Below, in pieces: positions 53,757 to 64,000 of a stretch of 64,000 bases of DNA. Position 1 is the stretch's first letter, and every line of letters starts with the position of its first letter. The position numbers and the translations under genes are program-made. Source of the stretch: Raillietiella orientalis (lineage: Eukaryota). The stretch covers positions 1,488,001 to 1,552,000 of the forward strand of contig JAYWIR010000005.1 of assembly GCA_036172245.1 (NCBI GenBank), read 5' to 3'. Under the pieces are notes generated by a model. The model did not search any database. It saw only the letters and a program-made list of their open reading frames with translations, and was not told the origin of the DNA.

Positions 53757-56700
53757 ATGAATATTTTTAAATATGATATTGCCTGTTCACCACATTCAAG
53801 TGATAAATTTCTCGTCTGGGGTAATGAATTGAAAGTATACACCATTAACGATGTTCATGAAAAAGCAAAACATGTTGGTAAGTGCAAAACTTACTGTGCA
53901 TTATTAATCAGAAAATTGGATTGTTGTAGATATTGAATTATCAGATGGCAAGATTGCATCAATTTTAAATGTTTTAAATGATGCAAAGCATATCAAAAGC
54001 CTGTCTTGGTATCCACTGGAGGAGATTGAGGATTTGATTGCCATTGGCCAGTCCAATGGAAATGTGAAAATTAAAACATTAGGATTCAGTTCGAGAAATA
54101 TAGAAAAAGATTTTGGTATATAAAGTGAAAACGAGAGAAAACAATTAACAAATTGATTTTGTCAGCATCAAAGTATTCCAGGCAGTGTAATGCTGTAGCC
54201 TGGAATCCTAGCCTTTCCAATCTACTGATTGCAGGTTTTGACAAACATCGGCTTGATTCTGCTATTTATATCTGGGATGTATCAAAATTTACTGTTATAC
54301 TGAGTAATAAGCACATTTTTACCAAACCAGATGCAGTAAATAAACCTCTGTTTGAATGTGGAGTAAATGAAACAGTGAATTCATTGACTTGGTGCTTGAA
54401 TAGTCAAACTAGTTTTATAGCTGGAGTTAATGGAAAATCCTTGAAGCTTTATGATATAAGAAGTGGGTTTCCAGCTGGACTCTGATATGAAATGATGATG
54501 CATTTTAGGCAATAACAATCACAGCAGAGCAGCTTCTACACATGCTATTTATGGTGTCACAGTAGATCCCTTTGTGACATCATGTCTGGCATCCTTTCTG
54601 GAGTCTTGTGTACATATTTGGGATCTAAGAAGTTTTGAAAAACCAGTTCAAATTCTACAATGTTCTTCAAACATAGGGAAAATCTGTTGGAATCCTACAA
54701 GGTGCATATTCATCACTTTTGATTAGTGTTTCTAAAATACTTGAGTATTTATAAAATGTACTTTATGCTTTTCTTGAGAGATTGAGAAACTCATACTTTT
54801 CACCACAGGCAAGGACTACTAGCTGTAGCTCTTAAAGATGAAGCTTATATTAAATGCTTTGATTTGCGGCAGATGATATGTGGAGAGGATGTTGAACCAT
54901 ATGTAACAGAACGTAATATCACTCCATTTGTGGATGAACATGTGTCCTCTATTTCCTGGTTAAAAAGTGAAGGCAACAGGATATTGGTGGTGTCTCATGA
55001 AGGTAGATGGCATTGGTGGAAAGGCACTTATTTTGTATTAGGCAACTTGATTGAGTCTACAGTGTTGGAAAGGATAACCTTGAATTGGGGTTTAGGAAAT
55101 AAACTAGTTGCTGCTGCTGGAAACAAGTTGTTTGATTACTGTCTACTGGAATTTGATGACATATCTGAAAAAATAAGGCGAAAATCTGTTCAAATGTATT
55201 CCCAGAAGGTAAATGAAAGAATTAAGCTAATGATTGATACTTTGTGCTTTTGAAGAAGGATCCAGATTTGACATATGATTTCTATTGGGAAGGTGTTGAG
55301 AATCTGGATAAAATCTGGACCTGGATGCAACGGAATCAAGAACTGAGTCAGGGGATTTATCAGAAACAAGCAGCAGCCAGGCTAGTAATATAATAACAAA
55401 AATAGGTTTCATGTGTTTGCAGATCTGCTCATAGGTTCCAAGTGGTGCCCTCAGTGAATGGCTCATTTTGTGGAGTTAGGTAAGAGTTTATTTGCTGAAA
55501 AATCGATGAATTCTGAATGAATGCCTGAATGAATCTTTATATGACAGTCATGGAAACAGATACACAATATTCAGAGGTTCTGAGTTGATTACTAAGGTTG
55601 AAAAATAATGAACCAAGTGAGACATCCATGTAAGTTTAAGTGCTTCATAACAATATTTGCAGAAATTTTCAGAGCTGGTCATTTCTTAGACCTTTGCATT
55701 AAGGCAAGAAATAGAGTAGGTAGTATTTATTATTGCTCGGAACTGCACAAAAAATGCATTCAGTTGGATTAAAAGCTACTTTGCAAAAGGTTAAATAGAT
55801 ATCTGTTCTAACGTATTTACATATCATGGCAAGTTACATACAATGAAAATATAGAGGTTCTTGAAATGAGAAAACTGTTACTTGAAGTAAAATGACTTAG
55901 ACTTACACTGTTACTTATATTCTTTACATAGTATTACAAGTAAATTCTCATGTAATGCACTAATGTTATTCATCATGCATGCATGAAGAAACTAGCAGTT
56001 TCAGTGTCTTAATTTATTGACATTCATAGCTTTCAAGGTTCATTGGTGAAGGTGTACAGTTTGGTTTTCCTTTTTACAGGTATGCCATCAGTAGGAGAGC
56101 TAAGGAAAAGAAACCATAAAATTTTTTATCAAAGGTAGATTCGATTAAATTCGAAACTACCTACGTTTCTTGTTTAAAAAGCTAGTTTCAGGAAGACATA
56201 GTTCTTAAAGTTACTCGATCCTTGTTAGAAATCTGGTGTAGCTAGTTTTAGGAGACATTCTCAGCTAAACATTGAATTGATTCAAATGGGGGGGGGGATG
56301 TAAAGGTATTTTTATGCCTGATAGTTTATAGGCAATACAGTAGACTTCCATCATTTGAGAGTGCTCAGTTTGAGAATCTTTGTTTGTGCAAGAAATGCAA
56401 ACTGAAACCTCAAAACACCTAGTGAACAATATGATTTGAAAGATGTTTTTTTGTGGTTTCCTTAAAGTATCAGTCTACATGTAGGGAGGAAATAAATCTG
56501 TGAACTCATAACTAACTTATGTCCATAGGATGATTCTGTGTTTTTTTCAATATATTGGGCTCCAAAGATGTATCTAGTCATGCATCTATTGTGCTATTGG
56601 TAGTGTTCCATCTTTTTATTGTTTTCTAAAAGAGGCAAAAATAAAATCATCTGATTTCTTGATTATGGAGATTTTTGTATATCTATCATTTTCCATACTT

Positions 56701-59700
56701 GTGTATCTTGCATAGAAGTTAGACTAAGGTGGCGTTCTTACAAGTTCACCAGAGTACTTCAGCTTTAAAGAACTGCATTGCATGTTTTGGGATAGAAACT
56801 TCATAGCTTCATGCTTTTTGTTGTACTGAGCAGTAAGGACCTGTGAAAGTTTGGGAATGATATGATTCTAGACATTAATAATATTGTGGCACATGTTTTC
56901 AAGGCTGATCAAACAAGCTTTCAGTGATCAGATATGACATGCAAAGCAGATTTAAAGAAGCTCAGACTTAAATAAAGGACATCTGATCTGCCATATGTAA
57001 CCATATCATTTATGATTTGGGGTGAAAAATTCTTCTTTAAGTACTGCTGTATAGTGTTTTGTTTATATTTCTGCTGTGTATCTAATTTGTGAAATGCAAT
57101 CTGTACATTGTGCTAAGCACATTTATATGATGAATCTAATGTGTTCCACCATGCAGTTGAGAACCCAGCTGATATAGAACTGTTAATGGACATGGAGTGT
57201 TGCTCATAAACTTGGTGATAAGTCATCCCAAAAATATCAGATTTATATCTTTAATGCTAGTGTTCCATCTTTTTGTTGTTTAAAATAATGTTTTTGGGTA
57301 ATACATTGCTCATCGTTTTTTCTTTTTTGTTTGAGCAGAGCACTTTTATATGGACCACATTTAGGACAGTTTCCTCTTCGTGTATGGAAGCCATCTACTT
57401 GTGTGCAAGTTCCTTGGTCTGGATTAGAGAATTTCAAAAGCATATGCGTCAAAATGTTCTGCAGCGAGGAACGAGACCAAATCTTGCGTCTTTGTGGATG
57501 GGGTTATGAACGGGATGGCGATGCCCTGGAATTGCTCTTAACAAAGTGAATGAAATCAATTATTGAAACAAATGCAACTGTGCAATCAGACTAGAACATG
57601 AAGGCAGCTATTGTAAGGCAGCAGCCCTAGCAGTGCTCAATCTGAAGCTTCAGAGGGCATTACGAAGTCTTCAGTTGGGATCTAAACATCATCCTTCCCT
57701 AATTCCTGTGACCATGGCATTGGCTGGCTTCACAGATGAACGCAATGCTCTGTGGAAAGAAACATGCATTCAGTTGCGATCCCAGTTGAACGATCCGTAT
57801 CTGAGCACCATGTTTGGGTTTCTAACAGAACCGAATTTTTGTGAGGGTGTTTTGGTAAGATCCTAAATTTCGGAGATATTTTACCTTCGATGTGTTCACA
57901 GGAAGAAGAGGGAACAGCGATAGATGATAAGATTGCTTTTGCTACACTTTACTTCAATGATGTGGATTTGGTCAACTACTTGGAGAAACTGACTTCCAGC
58001 TATAGCAGTGCAGGTACCTAAAGAATTAGTTCCGTCTTTATACGTTGGCACATCTTTGGAGCTCTTCAGCATCATGATGTCCTTGTTTAGCTGCAGTTGG
58101 ACCATTTCTCTTTGAAAGTCCTTTAATGCTGTCCCCAACATGTGCACAAGCACTTGAAATGACCACTCCACTTTGTTTGTATTCTTTCCCATTTGCTTTG
58201 ATTTGTCGGTCAGCAATTTTGCTCAAACGTTCGTTGATTCGGAAATCAATCTTCCCTTATGAACTTTCCCTGCAATCCTGGATCGCTGTAACAACTTGCA
58301 TTGTGCTGGCTATTTATTAGTCCAATGGGTTTTCTTGAGCAACTCGATAGTCCATTCCAAGTCCGGTGGAATAGATTACATTCTGGCTGGAATAGGAACT
58401 TACAGATCAAGATAGCTGACTTCAGAGGAAGCATCGGAATGTTTTCGAAAACCCGATTTTGTGTGCATTGTAGCGTAACTCAGCTTGCATTCTAAGAGTG
58501 TGAAAGTTGTTGGCAGAACGTTAGAATTTGTAAGAAGATGGTACGAAGGTGGATACGTGTTCTCATTTTGCAGTGCATCTGCAATTCATACACGGTACTT
58601 GGAGTGGCTAGCTGCATGTTGAGGACACCCTATCTACAGCAATAGGTGTTACAAGTGTAGCATCTGGATTGGCTGGTTCATTCAACTGAGCTAGTGCTGC
58701 AACGTTTATTATTATTATTGTTATTATTATGCATTTTGTGAAACATGGACTATGCACATGGCTGGATTCTTAAGAGAGAAAATTTGCTGTGTAATTTGCT
58801 GTAGACCTGTGAACATTCGATTCGATTTCGGTTTATTTAGGTAACAGTCTGGGGCAAAAGGTTTTATTCACAAACAGGTGAATTGTCAGGTATTGGTTAT
58901 GACTTATATCAGGATATTCTGTTAGGATATCTTCAATAATTGATTGTTGCTCATTGGAGTTTACTTGAATGATGCAATTACTTTTTTGAATGTTAGTGAC
59001 ATTTTCCATATTACTATGTGACGTGCACCTTCCCATTCGCTATTGACAAATGTGCATATTGTAAAGTAAATTGCAGACACTTTGGGCACTTCTTCTAAAG
59101 TGATATATTTAACAGGCAATTTGGATGGATTGCTATTAACAGGATTCAGTTTGGAAGGCTTGGACCTACTGCAAAACTATTTGGATTTGACTGGTGATAT
59201 CCACTCAGTTAGCTTGCTGGCTATTCGTGGCTTACAAGGAGAACTAGCTAGGGATGAACGAGTCAAGAATTGGATAGAAAGGTAAAAATAAACAAGTAAC
59301 TAGTGTGAAGAGGGATTTGTTTCAGCTATCGAAGTTTGCTTGATAGTTGGGGTCTCTGGATGCAAAGAGCTCAATTTGATTTGCAGTTACATCAACTCAA
59401 TCCAGATTTTTTACACATGCAGCAGGTGTTTGTCACATGTACATTCTGCAGCAAAAGCATTGGGATAGTGTCTGCAACTGACCAGAGAAGTGAACGCACT
59501 GTTGCTACAGTCAAATCATCAAACTGGCCTAATTTATCATCTTGTCCCCAATGCCGCAAACCTTTGCCCCGCTGCTGCATATGCTTGAAATACATGGGCA
59601 CTGAGAGCACTGGTAACCATCCGTTAAAACTGTGGTTCAGTTGGTGTCAAACATGTCATCATGGTGGTCATGCACTTCATCTCTGGGATTGGTTTAAGTG

Positions 59701-59828
59701 AGTATGAAACCTAACACCTTTTTGAAATGAGATGTGTCAGACGTCATATGGAATGCCCAGTTACTGGTTGCACATGCAAGTGCATGTCCCTGGATATGAG
59801 CATATTGCAACAGAGAAGCAATACCTGA
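53757..59828 (+). CDS. MIOS: GATOR2 complex protein MIOS (WD40 repeats, helical region, C-terminal zinc finger/RING), ~848 aa
   Basis: Exons 53757-53877, 53930-54115, 54166-54462, 54509-54701, 54809-55002, 55042-55208, 55259-55380, 55423-55479, 57339-57545, 57590-57854, 57902-58013, 59116-59281, 59326-59697, 59741-59828 splice in frame. Motifs: IGQSNG, RQCNAVAWNP, IWDLRSFEKPV, LCGW, GNLDGLLLTG, SCPQCRKPLPRC, WFSWCQTCHHGGHA, CPVTGCTCKC. Confidence 0.97.
56700..57100 (+). mobile_element. possible decayed RLE element fragment in MIOS intron 8
   Basis: ESLGM...DINNIVAHVFK resembles GGLG...DIxxVAHAFK. Confidence 0.3.
58030..58700 (-). mobile_element. decayed RLE element fragment in MIOS intron 11 (also duplicated at 47612-48282)
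   Basis: SYHLLTNSN (AFKLLTS) and PGLQGKFIRE (QGK motif) in family order. Confidence 0.4.
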
Positions 59829-59891
59829 GGCATGCCGTACATGGAGATATATCTCTACGTATTAATAATTTGTTGAATAATATTAGTATCT

Positions 59892-59925
59892 CACTATGAT
59901 AGTTATCAAACTTTGGCTGCATACA
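59892..59925 (-). pseudogene. RPA3: relic of the RPA3 last exon downstream of intact MIOS
   Basis: Minus strand TGA TAA CTA TCA TAG TG versus RPA3 TGG CAA CCA TCG TAG TG: 13/17 identical, all four differences transitions. The offset (11170) is nearly the same as for the MIOS last-exon duplicate (11176). Confidence 0.55.
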
Positions 59926-60609
59926 GTCTCTTGGATTTTCAAGTAGCCAATTCTTTTGCTGCTTTCCAAATTTTAATAGGTCTTCAGGGGAACGAGCAGC
60001 CTGAATGCAAGCAAATAACAAGCCGAAAAAATTTAGGATTAGGTTGCTTTCCTATAAGAAACATCAGTAGCGTAAATAATATATAGGGTCCCCAATACAA
60101 ATGTAATGTGCTGAGGTAGTATCAATTGTGTGACAGTAGTGCATAAGTTTTTGCGAAGGCAAACAGTTCCGATCAGAAGAAAAGTTACAAAGTGCATTCT
60201 TTGTTCGCACTTTTTGTGTTTCCTTCAGGCCACCAAAACTTCCCTCTATGGTTACAAGCAGTGGTTGTTAAGCAGGGGAAGAATTGAGGAAGTCTTGATT
60301 GTGGAAAGGCACATTGCTCCAGAATCTCGGAAGTTAAATCAGAAACTTTCAAGTAAATGCCTGTGTTTCGAAGTTCTCCTTTTCACTTCCCGGGCTTAAA
60401 AGACACGTTGCTTGCAAACCCCGGTTTGCTAATGGGTGCAGAAGCAAGGACAGAAACCAAAGTGCTTTAAAGAATGCTTTTGTTAAACTTTTACGTAAAT
60501 ATAGCATTATATAGTTAAGCTCCCTTTTCCTTCCCGTACTCTTGTTAGTTTTTCACCGGAGGTCGGAACTACTGAACGTGCACGCTCCTGCTGCACTTAC
60601 CTGTTGAAG

Positions 60610-63600
60610 TAGTTTATTCATATTATGGAAATTCGAAGTAATGTATCCCCTGCTGCATGGAGATGCACGAAGATCAAGTTTCTAAATTTCGCAAGCTTCA
60701 AAAAAAGGGCTCCTCGCCCTGTCCTATTTGGCCACGGGGCTGCTCCGGGCTTGCTGGCCTTTCTCCCAGCAGCCCGAAAGTTTTGCAGAAGGCTTGCGAG
60801 TTATCACCTTGAAGCGGCATTCAAAGGCCTGACCCAGGTCGTGCAAATTATTGAATGTTTAGTCAAGGGGTTTCATGTACTTCGTAGAGCTGGTCAGATA
60901 AGCGGGCAGGGTAAGGGCACGAATTGCCTAATTTTGCCTCTAATCGCGAGTTGCGGTCCGAGGATAACGGCGAAACACAGAGAGGAAAAGTGCAACTCTT
61001 TGGAGACTATGGAACTGTTCCCAAAGAGTTGAAGTTTCTGCCGCGACATGCCAACACGTGCGAAAGCGGCGTTAATTAGTAGCATCAACTATAAGGTCAC
61101 GTTTCTATGAGTGTGGGGGAGGGGTCACCTTGTTTATATTGGTGCATCGTGGATTATGTCCACCGAATAGATATATATGTATTTGGTGGATACATGGATC
61201 TATTGTTGCATTCTTATCACAGGGAAAACAGGGAATTACATGAATGTATCGTAATTTTCACGAATCATCTGTTCGCAGAGGACGCGAGATGGCTCTGGGA
61301 TGATGGCTGTCATGAAAAGCTCTGTGAATGCTAATGGGACGGGGATGGTGCTACAGAAGAATCAGAAACGGTGGGCGCATGCAGCTCGAAAGAAATGCTT
61401 TCGAAGAACAGCGAAATTCCCTCTGCTCCGCGTGTCTCAAATTTTGCCACCGGAGGACGACGGGCAGACGTTTCGGGTGGCTTCTAATCAGGTATTGAAT
61501 CACGCGAACTTTGGCTTGGTCACGTCTGAACTCGACAGTTTCGGCGTGTTCCCGAGGGCGTTTGCAGCACCACGGATTCGATCGCCATCCTTTTAAGCAA
61601 CCTCTTCTTCATCTTTGTTCGCAATCGGATGCCGGAAACGCGCATGTGCCTCGGTGAACACATCGTCTCCCACGCTTTCCTGAACCTGAGGACTCCTTTG
61701 GTGTTGCCAGGAGGGCTGGATCCACGGTAACCATGCCATCTCCTTCGCCCGACGTGCATTTGAAAAGGAGAGAAAGAAACGGAAGACAACTGTTGCATAA
61801 GGAAATACCCGATAACGAGGTGTTGTTGCCTAGTGCTTCGATGAATCTCACGATGGAACACATGTGCCTGCTGCGCTCCTCCAAGGTCTGGAAACGACTC
61901 TTCGTGATTACTGGGAACATTTGTTTAAGATGTTTGGCATCCAGGAAAGTCTTCCCTGCTCGTGCTCATATATTTGAATCTCCAACTTGGAATGCCTAAA
62001 GCATTTTTCTTGCCGCCGCTTTACCAAATTCATAAGGGGTACGATTGCCAATTCATTTCCAAGAGCTTTCCGGAGGGAAAACGCTTCAGAGATCCACGAA
62101 ATTTCTTCCAGCAGGGCTTCCATGAAAACGCTGAACGCATGCTGAGAACGAGTTCCGGTGCTGCTGGCGATTCCAGGTTTGCAGTGGGGAAATGGAGTCC
62201 AGAGACAAGTTTCACGTGTCCGGTGTTTCCGTTTTATTGCGACAAAACTTGAAAGTGGTGTGTGCGACGCAGCTGCTTGCTTACTTTCTTGGCACACCAA
62301 GCGGAGCTGCATCAGGATTTCAAATGCTTCTCTCCCTAGTGGCGCTAATTCTAATTCGTTGGGTAATCTCAGAGCAGTCCTTGATCTTCAGTGGTTTCAT
62401 TCATTTACAGCGCGAGCTGACCGCTCGATTATTCATTCGGTGCTTCCGTCTTCTTGCACCTACTCGATGCTCCCGTCAGAACACTCGAGCATCGTGTTTT
62501 CAACCAGTCGAGGTCATTGCAGGATCCTTTCGTTAGCTTTGCTTCGACTTGAGAACCGGAGGTCTGCGACGCTCGAAGTGACGTGTGAGGATGCACTTCT
62601 GAGATCAGGATGGTGTGAGCCTAAAGACTTCAAACAAGGAATCTTGAGCAGCAAAGGAGTGCTTCACCTTCTCACTTGCCTGCACCTGCCGCGTGCGCAA
62701 GAACAGCCGTGTGCTTTCACGGTGTTTGCACGCATTCGAAACATTTCACACCGCGTGCAGACATGTTTTCGAAGATGTGCACTCTGGGTTAAAGAAATAC
62801 ACAAGACCAGTCCTCGAAGGTGACTGCGGAGGAGTTGCACGCAAGGGATGGCGATCATGAAGTGAACTTTTCGGGATGCAAAGATGTTGCAATCGAAAAG
62901 CTGGGCGTAAAAGGGTCGCACCCTCTTGGCGTGATTTTCATCGTGGTGAAGAACGGTCAACAAGTATAGAAGCAGTGATCTCCTTTTGCACACGAACATC
63001 CAAGGATATCCGAAAACAAGTTCGGGACGCCGTAGAGAAACAGAATGGAAACGCTCGTCGCACTCTGGCGCCTTCCTCTTTCCTGGGATCCCCACTTCCC
63101 GCTTTCTGGGCGCGACGCAAGCGCAGACGCATGCACGTGCAGGGAGCGTCCTTTGCAGGGAACCGCGATAGCTGTTACCCACTTTACATATCAATGAAAG
63201 CTTACGGGACACTTTCTCATGAACTCCACTCCCTTCCCCACTTCCGGTTCCGGTGTGTGCGATTCCAGAACTCACGTTTGCCGTATCAGAGCCAGCAACT
63301 TCACCTTATTTAAAACAGATTCGGGACAGTAAGTACTACCGCGGCAGTAGGGCCCCGCAATGTTCTGTAGAATATCTGCATCTGTGTCGAAGATGAAGGA
63401 TTATAGGCCAAAGCCCATAGACTTCATTCTTCCGGGTGTCTCGCTATTTCTGCTCGCAGAATGTCAGGAAAGGAAGATGCATCGATTGATCTCCATGGTT
63501 CATTTGAAGAGTGGCATCTGCGTTGCCTGGGGGACGTCCAAGCATATGACTCCCAGTAGATGTCTCGGAGTGCCGGATACAGGGGGCTACCATGAGGTGC

Positions 63601-64000
63601 CTCATTTCGTCCGAGTGCTTTTTCTGGGAACCCCCAACACCCATGTTCCGGGGTGGTGGTCCAACGATGAAACCATGCACTTTGCATCGACTTCCATGTT
63701 TCGGCAACTGACAGGCAACATCTCGATACTTGTTAATCTTTTCTATCCTGGCGATGCTGCACGCGTACAACCATCCTGTTGCCCTTCTGCAACACCGAAT
63801 CGGGCCGCAGAGTGGAATCCACTTTTGGAACCTTTTGGACACCAACTTCCATTTTGCTGTAAACCAACGCGATTCGTCCCGATCTAGCATCATGTCGTGC
63901 GGTGCATGCACGAGAGTGTCCCATGCAGTAGTTCGTAATATGGGGGCCCCCGGCGCCTCGCCCCAGATCTTACTTACAGCGCCGATATGCGTCATCTGCT
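60610..64000 (-). mobile_element. decayed NeSL/Utopia-like retrotransposon, probably running off the window edge
   Basis: KRKAPECDE, LTVLHH..VRPFYAQLFDCNIFAS, KSLGSHHPDL, EFRRDQAKVRVI, KRLPVVL..RH, LGPQLAIRG..FVPLPCP, FRNLIFVHLHAAG, then AATAAA at ~60618-60613. Confidence 0.65.

Noticed and set aside
55597..55629. Extra MIOS mini-exon (LKNNEPSETS) in intron 8
   Set aside because: Direct splicing 55479/57339 already gives the conserved GVRALL register. The mini-exon is frame-neutral and cannot be excluded, but nothing supports it.
60594..60604. U1 snRNA 5' end (ACTTACCTG)
   Set aside because: The following sequence shows no U1 stem-loops or Sm site; it is simply the complement of a splice donor.
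1..64000. CRISPR array, operon or prokaryotic defence system
   Set aside because: No regularly spaced repeats or dense intronless ORFs are present; the genes are spliced and eukaryotic.

Overview
This is eukaryotic animal DNA, probably from a nematode or similar compact invertebrate (inferred from 36-52 nt introns and frequent TTTCAG/TTTTAG acceptors). Three spliced host genes were built by hand. MIOS (GATOR2 subunit, +, 53757-59828) has 14 exons and ~848 aa. RPA3 (-, 49167-48724) has 3 exons and 117 aa. An orphan coiled-coil gene (-, ~37222-27468) has motifs that resemble the meiotic double-strand-break factor IHO1/Mer2. A decayed MIOS 3' copy (47110-48650) sits tail-to-tail with RPA3, and a decayed RPA3 end sits tail-to-tail with the intact MIOS. 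This indicates a tandem duplication of the MIOS-RPA3 pair followed by reciprocal loss. A ~1.2 kb near-identical tract lies inside the old MIOS pseudogene. Most remaining sequence, including the GC-rich first 20 kb and the long introns, appears to be heavily decayed non-LTR retrotransposons. These are mainly restriction-like-endonuclease (RLE) types (NeSL/Utopia/R2-like and R4/Dong-like), mostly on the minus strand. TE calls come from motif remnants read by eye across frameshifts, so their boundaries are approximate. Most ORFs in the supplied track are spurious.
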